Shown piece by piece: positions 28,591-38,800 of a DNA stretch of 64,000 nt. The stretch is from positions 1,933,680 to 1,997,679 of the forward strand of contig OZ037767.1 in NCBI GenBank assembly GCA_964035545.1. Reading direction: 5' to 3'. Source of the stretch: Bugula neritina. Lineage: Eukaryota; Animalia; Bryozoa. Position numbers and translations under genes: made by a program. Within the stretch, counting starts at the first letter, position 1; each line of letters opens with the position of its first letter. Under the pieces are notes generated by a model that was given only the letters and a program-made list of their open reading frames with translations, was not told the origin of the DNA and ran no database searches.

Positions 28591-31500
28591 CCCATGCCAA
28601 TCCGGTCCGGGATGGGACTCGGAAGACAGTAGAAGAGACCTCTCCAGAGTCGACCTATATCGAGTGGCACGCAAACCGGAGATCTCGGAGACCGAAAGGC
28701 CTACCCGATCCTCCTGCCCTGCCACTCGATACCCGGATGGAACTAGAAGAAACCGGATGGCAGGCACCTCGGAGATCTCGGAGGCCGCAAGGTCTACCCG
28801 ATCCTCCAGCCTGGCCACTCCGTAACCGGTTCGCGGGGTTGCCCGAGGAAGTTGTGGAGGAGGATTCAGCTTACTCGCAAGAGTATCCCAAGCTACCCTC
28901 CCGACCTCAGAAAACCCCCGTTGTCTCTAAGACGAAGAGGAGGCCCGCTGTGCGGACCCAAGTCGTGTCTCCCCCAGAGACTGACCGCTCCAGGAGCACC
29001 CAGCCGTATGGAAGCAGCTACTTCCTGCCCGGAAAGATTTCGGGTAAAGCTGCCACATTCCTACTGGATACTGGGTGCACTACCAACCTGCTGAGTAGGC
29101 GTCTCTTTGACACCCTTGGTGCACGAGAGCGGGCGAGCCTCGAGCCGTATGAAGGTGCGCATGGTACGTTGGCGGACGGATCATGCATTCCTTTCTACGG
29201 CGTCATTTCACTACCTGGACGCGTCCGTGATCAAGCAGTTCACGAGACGTTTATCGTCAGCCAGCTGAAGGAGGACGCCATCTTGGGAATGCCCTTCCTG
29301 GAGAAACACCAGTGCCACATGGATTTCCAGAAGTCAGTGGTAGTGATGGCTGGGAAGGAACTTGTCTGTGTTGACAAGTTTGGCAGGCCCTTGGTGGGCG
29401 GAGTCCAGGTAGTACGGGACTGCACAGTTCCGGGGAGGTCCCAGGCGACTCTCCGATGTAGAGTCAACTGCAAGGGGATCGCCGGCCTGGGGATGGTTGA
29501 AGGAACGCACGGAGCCATCCGACTAGCAAACAGCCTGAATCGGCTAGATTGTCGGCAAGAGCTCCTCGTGCAGTGCATCAACCCCTTCACGGAACCTGTC
29601 CAACTATCGGCTGGAGCGCTGGTGGGGAAGTACCACTCCATCCAGGAAGCGGATGTGGGTCCGGCACTGGAGACAGTGGCCGACAACCAGGGAAACCCCC
29701 CTCACACCAGACGAGAAGCAGTCCCGGAGCATCTGGCTGACCTGTATGACGGAGCATGCGGAAACTGTACGAGTAGTACTGAACGCCAAGTACTGGCTCA
29801 ACTACTCGCGGAGTACAGTGATGTCTTTAGTCGTGGCGATAGAGACATGGGGCTGACTAAGGTTATCTCTCACGAGATACCCCTGGCAGCCGACACCACT
29901 CCCATCAGGCAGCCTACCCGACGTCTGGGCCCGGAGAAGGAGAAGGAGGTGAGCCGACAGGTACAGGATCTTCTGGACCGGGATCTGATTGAGCCTGCCC
30001 ACGGTGCGTGGAGCTCCCCAGTGGTCCTGGTCAAGAAGAAGGATGGTAGCTGGAGATTCTGCGTAGACTACCGCAGACTCAACAACGCCACCATCCAGGA
30101 CGCCTACCCTCTCCCACGGATAGATGAGTCTCTAGATGCCCTCGCGGGTAGCAAGTACTTCAGTACTTTGGATCTGCTTAGCGGGTACTGGCAAGTGCCC
30201 CTCAGTCCTGATGCCCAGGACAAAGCAGCATTCATTACTCGCGACGGGCTCTGGAAGTGGAAAGTACTGCCATTCGGACTAACGTCCGCTCCGGCAACAT
30301 TCCAACGGCTCATGGAGCAAGTCCTCAGTGGGTTACACTGGAAGACCCTCCTCATCTATCTGGACGATGTCATTGTCATCTCCCCAGACTTTGCGACTCA
30401 TGTCAGTCGTCTGCGGGAGGTCTTTGACCGTCTCCGGGCAGCCGGACTGAAGCTGAAGCCCTCCAAGTGCGCACTCCTGCAGCCAGAAGTCACATACCTG
30501 GGCCATGTGGTTGGCCGTGATGGGGTCGCTACCGATCCAGAGAAGGTACAAGCTGTGAAGGAGTGGACTGTTCCCCGCGACCTCCCTGAGTTGCGTGCAT
30601 TCCTGGGCCTAGTAGGGTACTACCGGCAGTACATACCTGGTTTCGCAGGAGTGGCTCAGCCGTTAAATCGGCTGACCGCAAAGGGAGTCCGGTGGCAGTG
30701 GACACAGGAGGAGCAGCAGGCATTCGACCACCTCAAGCAACGGCTAATGGAAGCGCCAATCCTGGCGTATCCTGACCCAGCCAAAGAGTACATCCTGGAC
30801 ACCGACGCCAGCGACCACAGCGTGGGAGCCGTCCTGTCTCAAGTCCAGGGTGGAAGTGAGGTGGTCGTGGCTTACTATAGCAAGACTCTCGCGGCCGCCG
30901 AGAAGAACTACTGCACCACTAGGAAGGAACTCCTAGCAGTAGTCAAGGCGGTCAAGCACTTTCGGCCATATCTGTATGGGAAATCGTTCCGTTTGCGAAC
31001 AGACCATGCGTCACTGATATGGCTGTGTAAACGTGCAGAGCCCTCGAGCCAGGTAGCTCGTTGGCTAGAGATTCTTGCCGAGTTCTCTTACCGTATAGAG
31101 CACCGTGCAGGCCGGAAGCATGGGAACGCCGACGGCATGAGCCGCCGGCCGGTAGAGGACTGTAAGCAATGCCTGCACATTGAACAGCGGGACGGGGGAC
31201 CCGCTCGCCTTGACGTGGAAACGGAGCTAGTGGAGGGCACCGCCTACCGGTGGGAGCACGGCCATCTTCGGACCGAAACCCACCAGGACGGTGTCCAGGC
31301 GCTCCACGCCAACCCTACTCTGCACCAGAACGTCAAGGAGCTGTGCCGACTCCAGGAGACGCTACCCGGCGCGGTAGCGGACATCTTCCGGGCCAAGAAG
31401 GAGGGCCGACGACCTAGCGAGGAACGGCAGCGGCAGGGAGACGTTGAGTTCCAACTCCTCTGTCGTCGCTGGGATGCCCTCAAGGTCAGTCCTGATGGCC

Positions 31501-34500
31501 TCCTGATGATAACGTTAGCAGCAGACAACCGCCAGCAGAAGAGGGACCGCGTCGTCTGTCCACGCGCCCTCCGGCGGGAACTGATCTGGGACACCCATAA
31601 GCAGGCTCATGCTGGAGTCAGTCGGGTCATCAGGTGTCTGCGGCTGCGTTGGTATTGGCCCGGAATGACTCGGGACGTACGACTGCGGGTACGGCAATGC
31701 GAGGTCTGCCAAGCTAGCAAGCATGGCCGCCCCACGGAAACCACTGGTCGACGCCGGCTGTACGCTGGTCGACCGTGGCAAGTAGTGGCGGTAGACCTCG
31801 TCGGGCCTATGCCGTTATCCGCCAGAGGAAACACCTGGATACTGGTGCTCACGGACCACTTTACCCGGTGGGCGGATGCTCTGGCTATTCCAGACGCCAC
31901 CGCCCCCACAGTGGCCCGGACCCTGGACCAACATGTATTCTGTTACCTCGGTTTGCCCGAGCAGATACATACAGACCAGGGTGCCCAGTTCCAGTCCCAG
32001 CTCATGGGAGACCTCTGCCGGATATGGGGGGTGAACCAGAGTCGGACCACCCCATATCACCCGCAAGGGAACGGAGTCGTCGAGCGGAACAACAGGATGT
32101 TGGGTGATGCGCTCCGGAGCCTGCTGCTTGGTCGAGGTCAGGAAGAATGGGACGTGGTGCTGCCGCAGATCATGCGGGCTTACCGCAGCACACCACACTC
32201 CGCCACGCAGGAGACCCCAAACTTCCTGATGTTAGGCCGGGAGACGCGGGTCCCGGAACACCTGACGTACCATGTTCCTGCCCCCGAGTCACCGGTACAC
32301 GAATATGTGGAGGGTCTGATGGACATCATGGGCAAAGCTCATGATGCGCTGCGCACCCAGCAGTGGCAGACCCGCACAGAGGACTCAGAGGAGCCCCCGT
32401 TGTACCAAGTGGGAGACTGGGTCTGGATGGTGAGTTACCGTAGGCGGCGTGGACAGTCGGCTAAGCTTCAGCCCAAGTTCGTCGGCCCCTACTGCGTAGT
32501 AGAGGTGCTGCCCAACCACACATACCGTGTGGAGCGCTCTGGACAGGTCTCTGTCCAGAGCGAGCAGCGCCTCAAACCTTACCATGCCAGCCCAGACGCG
32601 GTGGGTCAGGCTCCACCCCTCTTGGAGCCCCACCGTCAGCCCAACCGTCGTGGACGGGCCACCCGGCCCCGTGAGGTGGAGATTATGGTCCCCAGGGAGG
32701 CAGACCAGGAGCAAGCCGCCCTGATAGAGCAGCTGGAGCGACAGCAGAGAGCGGAGCGGGAGCAGGAACAGCAGCAAGCCCTTGGCTCACAACCCCTCCC
32801 GGGGGAGGACACCCCCACCCCCGTACGGGGTGAAGACGGGGACCCCCCTACCAGGGTAGCCCAGGAGCCACCAACACCACCAGAGTCTGTTCCACTTGAG
32901 AGGAGCCAGCGGCCAAGAAGACCTCCCAGGTACCTGGCAGACTATGCTGTAGGACACCTGGAGGGGCCCCCTCCTGAGGAAGACCCCCCCCACACTGACT
33001 GCCACCCCATCTTGGTTGGAAATTCCCTCCATCACCCCGGAGAATTCCACCAAGAAGAAGAAATGGCCGACCGAATTTCGGAAGACACTCGATCACGCGA
33101 GTTGTCTCCTCGAAATCCGGGGGAAATTCCCACGAGCCACGCGACTCGGGCTTCAGCAGGTAAAACTTCTGAAGCACGAGGTTCGGCCATTTCTCATTCT
33201 GACCTCACACAGCTCGCACGGCAGTTGCAACTCAAACTAAATTCTGATTCTAATACTCATTTTGATTTTACCACTATTCTCCGTACGCTATCAGCGGCTA
33301 TGGGGATCACTCTACCAGATACACAATCAGGTATTTCTTCTAGATTAGATCCTCCAGTTGCGGAGTCTAATCAAACTACAGTAGACTGGTCTTTACTAGA
33401 TTTACTTGGTTCTGATATCTTAGGACCGGAGGCCGAGATGGATCTCGGAGATGACTCTGCCATTGATACATTGTTGAATCACGATGTAGGCTCAGTCAAT
33501 TTCTGCGATACACCTCGGCCCTCGGTTTTTAACTTATCTCCATTCACACCTGTGCCGAATTTCGGCGATAGTGAGACCGGCTTCTCACAGCCTCTACTAT
33601 CTATTCTAGAGGAGCGGATGGACGTTGAGGAGGCCAGTCGGTCCGACTCCCCTCCCCCACCGGGCCTTGCTTCGGCTTCTACCAGCCAGCAGGCCGCCAC
33701 CTCCTCCACAGAGGTGTGTTCCGCCATGGTTGGCCCTGACCCCAAACCGGTCGAGCTTCAGCTCACGGCCGGGGAGGAGCAGGGCATCCTACACGGCGAC
33801 CACCTGCCAGCAGAAGAAGACGCCTCCCCAATACTGGCCCTGCCTCGGGCCCTGGTCGCCCGCCAGTATTGGGTGACTGGACCCACCAACCTAAAAATTG
33901 GTGATGCTTGCGGTGAGCCGGGCAACCGCATCTGCCATGAGTGTAAGAGGAAATTCTCCTCTGCACGGCGGTTGCGCGTACACGCCCCTCAGCATTACAT
34001 CAACGTGTTTTGCCCGTGTGGGGAGTTCTCCTACCAGAGAGACTATGTGTTGAGACATCAGCGCATAGCTCACTGCCACACGGGCTACACGTTTGCTGTA
34101 GACCAGGCCTCCTTTCCCGAATTTCGGGACCTGGTGCTGCCACACGTGGCGGATCCCCACAAACGGGCTGCTCTCGCCCTGGGATTTCCCGCGTGTAGGC
34201 CAGTTCGGGAGGAAGAAGGGGAGCCCGCCGCGACACCCCAACCGGCAGCCACCCAGCCACTTCGGGTCATGCTGGCACGGGTCGGACCAGGTGCCAGGGC
34301 CGATTCATCGGACCTGGGCCCCCGACCCTCGGCGGCGGGCGGGAAGCAGACGCACCGCCAGCGACGTCCTGCCCGTGGTACTACCGACCGCCCTAGGCAC
34401 CAGACGTCAGCTCAGTTGGCAGAGGAGGTCCACCAGTTACGCCGGCAGCTCCGCAGATGTGAAGAGGAGCTGGGGCAACTCCGGAGACGAGTTAGCCGCC

Positions 34501-34532
34501 TGGAGCGGGGTCGTTCTGGCGACCGCCGCTGA
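28548..34532 (+). CDS. pol: Pol polyprotein (PR, RT, RNase H, integrase, GPY/F) with long C-terminal ZnF/coiled-coil extension
   Basis: LLDTGC protease (~29067), PFGL and YLDD RT (~30357), DTDAS RNase H, H-x3-H..C-x2-C and D,D(35)E integrase (VDLVGP, TDQG, GVVER), KLQPKFVGPY; no stops or frameshifts. Confidence 0.96.
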   Translation, partial: FKHPRLTVNSATRGPHANPVRDGTRKTVEETSPESTYIEWHANRRSRRPKGLPDPPALPLDTRMELEETGWQAPRRSRRPQGLPDPPAWPLRNRFAGLPEEVVEEDSAYSQEYPKLPSRPQKTPVVSKTKRRPAVRTQVVSPPETDRSRSTQPYGSSYFLPGKISGKAATFLLDTGCTTNLLSRRLFDTLGARERASLEPYEGAHGTLADGSCIPFYGVISLPGRVRDQAVHETFIVSQLKEDAILGMPFLEKHQCHMDFQKSVVVMAGKELVCVDKFGRPLVGGVQVVRDCTVPGRSQATLRCRVNCKGIAGLGMVEGTHGAIRLANSLNRLDCRQELLVQCINPFTEPVQLSAGALVGKYHSIQEADVGPALETVADNQGNPPHTRREAVPEHLADLYDGACGNCTSSTERQVLAQLLAEYSDVFSRGDRDMGLTKVISHEIPLAADTTPIRQPTRRLGPEKEKEVSRQVQDLLDRDLIEPAHGAWSSPVVLVKKKDGSWRFCVDYRRLNNATIQDAYPLPRIDESLDALAGSKYFSTLDLLSGYWQVPLSPDAQDKAAFITRDGLWKWKVLPFGLTSAPATFQRLMEQVLSGLHWKTLLIYLDDVIVISPDFATHVSRLREVFDRLRAAGLKLKPSKCALLQPEVTYLGHVVGRDGVATDPEKVQAVKEWTVPRDLPELRAFLGLVGYYRQYIPGFAGVAQPLNRLTAKGVRWQWTQEEQQAFDHLKQRLMEAPILAYPDPAKEYILDTDASDHSVGAVLSQVQGGSEVVVAYYSKTLAAAEKNYCTTRKELLAVVKAVKHFRPYLYGKSFRLRTDHASLIWLCKRAEPSSQVARWLEILAEFSYRIEHRAGRKHGNADGMSRRPVEDCKQCLHIEQRDGGPARLDVETELVEGTAYRWEHGHLRTETHQDGVQALHANPTLHQNVKELCRLQETLPGAVADIFRAKKEGRRPSEERQRQGDVEFQLLCRRWDALKVSPDGLLMITLAADNRQQKRDRVVCPRALRRELIWDTHKQAHAGVSRVIRCLRLRWYWPGMTRDVRLRVRQCEVCQASKHGRPTETTGRRRLYAGRPWQVVAVDLVGPMPLSARGNTWILVLTDHFTRWADALAIPDATAPTVARTLDQHVFCYLGLPEQIHTDQGAQFQSQLMGDLCRIWGVNQSRTTPYHPQGNGVVERNNRMLGDALRSLLLGRGQEEWDVVLPQIMRAYRSTPHSATQETPNFLMLGRETRVPEHLTYHVPAPESPVHEYVEGLMDIMGKAHDALRTQQWQTRTEDSEEPPLYQVGDWVWMVSYRRRRGQSAKLQPKFVGPYCVVEVLPNHTYRVERSGQVSVQSEQRLKPYHASPDAVGQAPPLLEPHRQPNRRGRATRPREVEIMVPREADQEQAALIEQLERQQRAEREQEQQQALGSQPLPGEDTPTPVRGEDGDPPTRVAQEPPTPPESVPLERSQRPRRPPRYLADYAVGHLEGPPPEEDPPHTDCHPILVGNSLHHPGEFHQEEEMADRISEDTRSRELSPRNPGEIPTSHATRASAGKTSEARGSAISHSDLTQLARQLQLKLNSDSNTHFDFTTILRTLSAAMGITLPDTQSGISSRLDPPVAESNQTTVDWSLLDLLGSDILGPEAEMDLGDDSAIDTLLNHDVGSVNFCDTPRPSVFNLSPFTPVPNFGDSETGFSQPLLSILEERMDVEEASRSDSPPPPGLASASTSQQAATSSTEVCSAMVGPDPKPVELQLTAGEEQGILHGDHLPAEEDASPILALPRALVARQYWVTGPTNLKIGDACGEPGNRICHECKRKFSSARRLRVHAPQHYINVFCPCGEFSYQRDYVLRHQRIAHCHTGYTFAVDQASFPEFRDLVLPHVADPHKRAALALGFPACRPVREEEGEPAATPQPAATQPLRVMLARVGPGARADSSDLGPRPSAAGGKQTHRQRRPARGTTDRPRHQTSAQLAEEVHQLRRQLRRCEEELGQLRRRVSRLERGRSGDRR

Positions 34533-34831
34533 GACTATTCGTATAGTATTTTTCTTTCCTACTCTTATTCTTTGTTTGTTTATTTTATGTGTGTAAGTTC
34601 TTCATGTAATGCATGTACCTATTCATGCTCTGTTTTTCTTGTGTGTGCACAAATCTTCCCTGTATTTTCTTTTTATGTTATCATTGTAATATTACTATCA
34701 CTGCATGTTTACCATATTTTTTTTTGTGTGTTACTTCCAACTGTGCGTTTTATTGTCGTGTCATTCCCTGTTGTGTGTTTGTGTTGTGTACGCCTCTTTA
34801 TCGGAAAGCATGCTTTCCGATGGGGGGTGTG

Positions 34832-35223
34832 TGTGGTAAATTTATGTTGTGTGTGTGTGTCCTTTGTTGCCGAGATCGGTACTTCGGTCCTCCGAAACAC
34901 CGATATGCCGATTCTCGGCATATCGGAATACCGAAGTACCGAAATGCCGGATTCGGCATTTCGGATTCCCGAAGTGCCGATATTCGGTATTTCGGGCCTC
35001 CGATCTCGGCAAACAAAGGAATGTCTTTGTCCTGCATGTATATAAAAGCCAGCGAGTTCCAGTATAGTTCAGTCTACTACTGGAGCTCGCTGGATAAAGA
35101 CCATTGATTCACTCGGACTATACTACAATAAAGATTATCTACATTCTACCTTATTTCTCGCCTTGTTTCTTATACAAGCATGTAACAGCACTAGTTTCAT
35201 TCACAATCCACAAAACTATCACA
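34832..35223 (+). repeat. 3' LTR (392 bp), preceded by short G-tract GGGGGGTGTG (PPT candidate)
   Basis: Direct repeat of 27230-27621 followed by TSD ATAC. Confidence 0.97.
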
Positions 35224-35859
35224 ATACTGGCCATGTGAGTCAGACAACTCCAAGTAATTAGACAACTCCAAGTTTGCTCCTCAACTATGCAGCAGGCTGT
35301 CGGTATACACGGTTTACAGAGGCCATGGGAAGAGGGGGTGGTTTATTGTTCTCTCACTACAAAACACAAGGATTGTAGGTTAGGTGCATTGCTATAGTGA
35401 ATGACTAAACTTTGCTATGAATTGCTCTAAAAAGCCAAGTCCTACAATATACAGGCATAAAGGGATGTGATATAATGTAATGTAAAAACATGTGACGTGA
35501 TAAAATGATGTAATATGGTCACATGATCACATGACTTGACAAAATAACGTGTTATGTTATGAAATGTTTCAGATTGGGAAAAACTAATGATATATTGCTA
35601 CTTTACTTTTGTTATAAAAACAATATAGTAATTTAACATTAGCTTCAATCTTTTGTAAGTAAAGCTACAGTGTAGCATCTAGCTTTTAATTGATTTCAAT
35701 CGTAACTTATAAGAGACACACTAGATCACATTTACTGCAATATTTAAACTATAAAACAGCTGCCAGCTGATATTAAAAAGATATAAAATATATTTATACT
35801 TTCAACTGCTACTGTACTTCATTGCTTTAGCTGGAGTTCTCAACAAAATATTTAAATAC

Positions 35860-38800
35860 TTACTGCTTAACAAATTTAAAATCAAATAGCCTTAGGTCTC
35901 TGTCAAGAGATTTTAGATTGTCCATATCTGCATCACTCAGGCTAAAGTCAAACAGCTGTAAAACAATAAATGGCTATAAACAAGCATTACACGTGAAATA
36001 GATGTATATACAGATAAATAAACGATAATTTATACATACACATCTATTTCAGGTGTAATGTGTGTGAATGCATGCAAATATAATGTATATAATATTAATA
36101 TATACATTATATTAATTACACTTAAAATATATGGCTATAAATGTAAACAAATAAATAAATAAAATTAAGCATGCTTAAAATAATAAAACTCAGTAATATT
36201 GGCAGCGCTAGTTAGTTTGTAATCCTGAAACCGCACCCCTTTAGCCTAAGGGGTCAACTTGTTAACCAATAACTGCTGTACTTGCACTTTGAGCAATCAT
36301 GGATTTTATTTAGGTAAGTCAGAATTTACAGACATTTTTGCCCATACAGATCTATTTGCAATGTATCTTGGTTAGTTTACTTTAGTTTAAACTAGAAGTT
36401 CTTTTGAAAAATATGTTGAAATAATATTGTTAGTTTATCAGTTATTGTCTGGTGAATCAAAAAGTTTTAAATAGATATTCATATACCTGGAAATTAGATT
36501 CAATTCTCGACTGAGTCACACTCTTTGGTAGAACAATGATACCTCTTTGGATGAGATATCTCAGCAGAATCTGAGCAGGCGTCTTGCTTAGCTTTTCCGC
36601 TATCTCCAGGACGACGGGATCTTTAAGGGGCGTGTCATCAGCATCTGCGCCTCTACATAATTAATATTTTAACTCTATATTTTATTTTAAAACTAGTCAA
36701 ATTAATTATTTTCAATACAACACTGATATGCTTCAAGAATAAACAGTATATTCGGTTGATTCATCATTTGGAATATTTTAATATAAATAATAATCTGATC
36801 CCCATCACTTTTTATCATGATAAACAATAGTGCAGTGAAAAGAATTTCAAGAAATAGCATAGTGACAGAGTATTGTATGTGACATAAGATCATGTGACAG
36901 ACAGCACTGTGACAGAAAGCCTGTAAATAAGGACTGTTAACAGTTGAATACCTCATAGCGGCTGATCCTGGTGACCCTATAGGTGCGTACGCTGACACAG
37001 TTATTCCCTTCTCATTACACAGCTCCACCAGTTCTTTCTGCTGGAACCAGACGTGACACTCTACCTGTTGGGTTATGTAACATGCAGGTTTTACTCAGGT
37101 GGATTTTATGACAGGTTATTATGTAGATGCAGTTGATGGGTGAAACTACACAGTATTTGTGCAGGCTGCAGCAAAAAGTCAAAATAAGAGATTAGTGTTA
37201 CTTTTGTAGATGCTGGGTTTCCCAAGCTTGTTCTATTATTAGTGACTCACCTGCAAATTACAGGGCTTGATTCTGGACTCCTCCCAAACTCTTCTCACCT
37301 GAGCTGCGTTGAAGTTTGAAATCCCGAGAGCTTTGACTAAGCCCTCGTCTACTAATTTCTCCATTTCCTGTACAATACAAACTTTGATACTCAGTAAAGT
37401 TCTCTTTGTTAAAAGGCAATAATTTTCAACGGCATAGCGAACAACTTTATAACCTTTTATTCTGAGTTTACGTTAGTTCCAAAACTACTGCTAATTATGG
37501 CAGTATTATGAAAACAGGTGCCAGATGTAGATTTTAAGGGCGAAATATTCGTTAGTGTGAATTGAGGCTGAAAACTCACTGCGAAAACCACAGACAAAAT
37601 CAGAGACAGTGCAATAGTTTTAAGATTAGAATAGCCCAATAAGCTGCAAGTAAGACGTATATGATGGGTTACCTTGTAGGTGTCCATGAAATCAGTTTCT
37701 ATCCAAATCGGAACTCCGTCTGCGTCAAAAGGCAAATACTCTGGTGGGTTATTGTCCAGTCTACAATCCTGTGTGTAAGTCAACAGTAGATATTAGTTTT
37801 ATTAGCAATGGCTGAGTTTGATATACTTACACTACTAGAATAGTGAAGGTATATTAGTGCAGTAGATGTGTACTTACACTACTAGAGAAGTAGGTGTTAG
37901 ATACTTACACTAGTAGAGTAGTAGGTGCTAGATACTTGCACTACTGGAATAGTAAGTGCATACTTACACTACTAGAGCAGTAGGTATATAATACTTACAT
38001 TACTATAGAGCAGTAGGTATATACTTACACTCATAGCCGCAGGGAAATGAATGAGGAGCAGGTCAATATAACTTGTCTTTAGACACTTCAAAGAGTCTTC
38101 TGTCTGCTGCCGCACTCTGTGAGGTGCTGCTGACCCTCCAGTCAGCTGAAAGCAGCATAGAAATGCAGACGTACTATACATACATGCTTTACAAAACTGT
38201 CAACTAAATTCACCACTTCAAATTGTAAACATTCTGAGCACATGGCATCAAAGAGTACTCTTACCTGAAACTGGATCTAACTCTAGGAAGTACCTAGTAA
38301 TAACAGTTATTCAGCGGTAGAGCCATAGTGGCAGCACGACTTAAGCTCTCAGCACCACACGCACACACATGTATATAGTATTGTAGCTATAGCTTTTACT
38401 AAAAGTCTTGGAGCCAACTTTAGTAAAGAAAACTTGAAGAAATGGAAAAGTAGTTCATGAAAACATGTCGTAGAAACTTGTTGCTGTAGCTGTACAGCAT
38501 ATACCTAACGCCCCACCCCTCTGCACAGAAATAATTGTCTATTATATAAAACAATTTATAATTTACTATTAGGCTTGACTAAGAATTTTAAGTTTTATTG
38601 AGGACAACAATTTTACAATTCACTTTCTCACCTTTGTGGTAATGAAGATCTCATCTCTTGTAACTTTTCCAGCTTTAATTGATTCATCCAGGGCGGTTCC
38701 AATTTCCTTTTCGTTCATGTATCCCCTGGCAGTGTCAATGTGTCTGTATCCAACGTCTATCGCAATGGAAACAGCTTTCTCCACTTCACCGGGTTTTGAC

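Larger units (their letters stand above)
27230..35223 (+). mobile_element. Full-length Ty3/Gypsy LTR retrotransposon (7,994 bp)
   Basis: TGT...ACA LTRs at 27230-27621 and 34832-35223; 4-bp TSD ATAC (27226-27229 and 35224-35227); PBS; gag and pol with PR-RT-RH-IN order. Confidence 0.98.

Noticed and set aside
27642-34270. Many short antisense or alternative-frame ORFs in gag/pol
   Set aside because: Expected shadows of a GC-rich coding region; none has a motif or unusual length.
32946-34532. Env gene or chromodomain in the Pol tail
   Set aside because: No signal peptide, TM helix or chromodomain aromatic-cage pattern.
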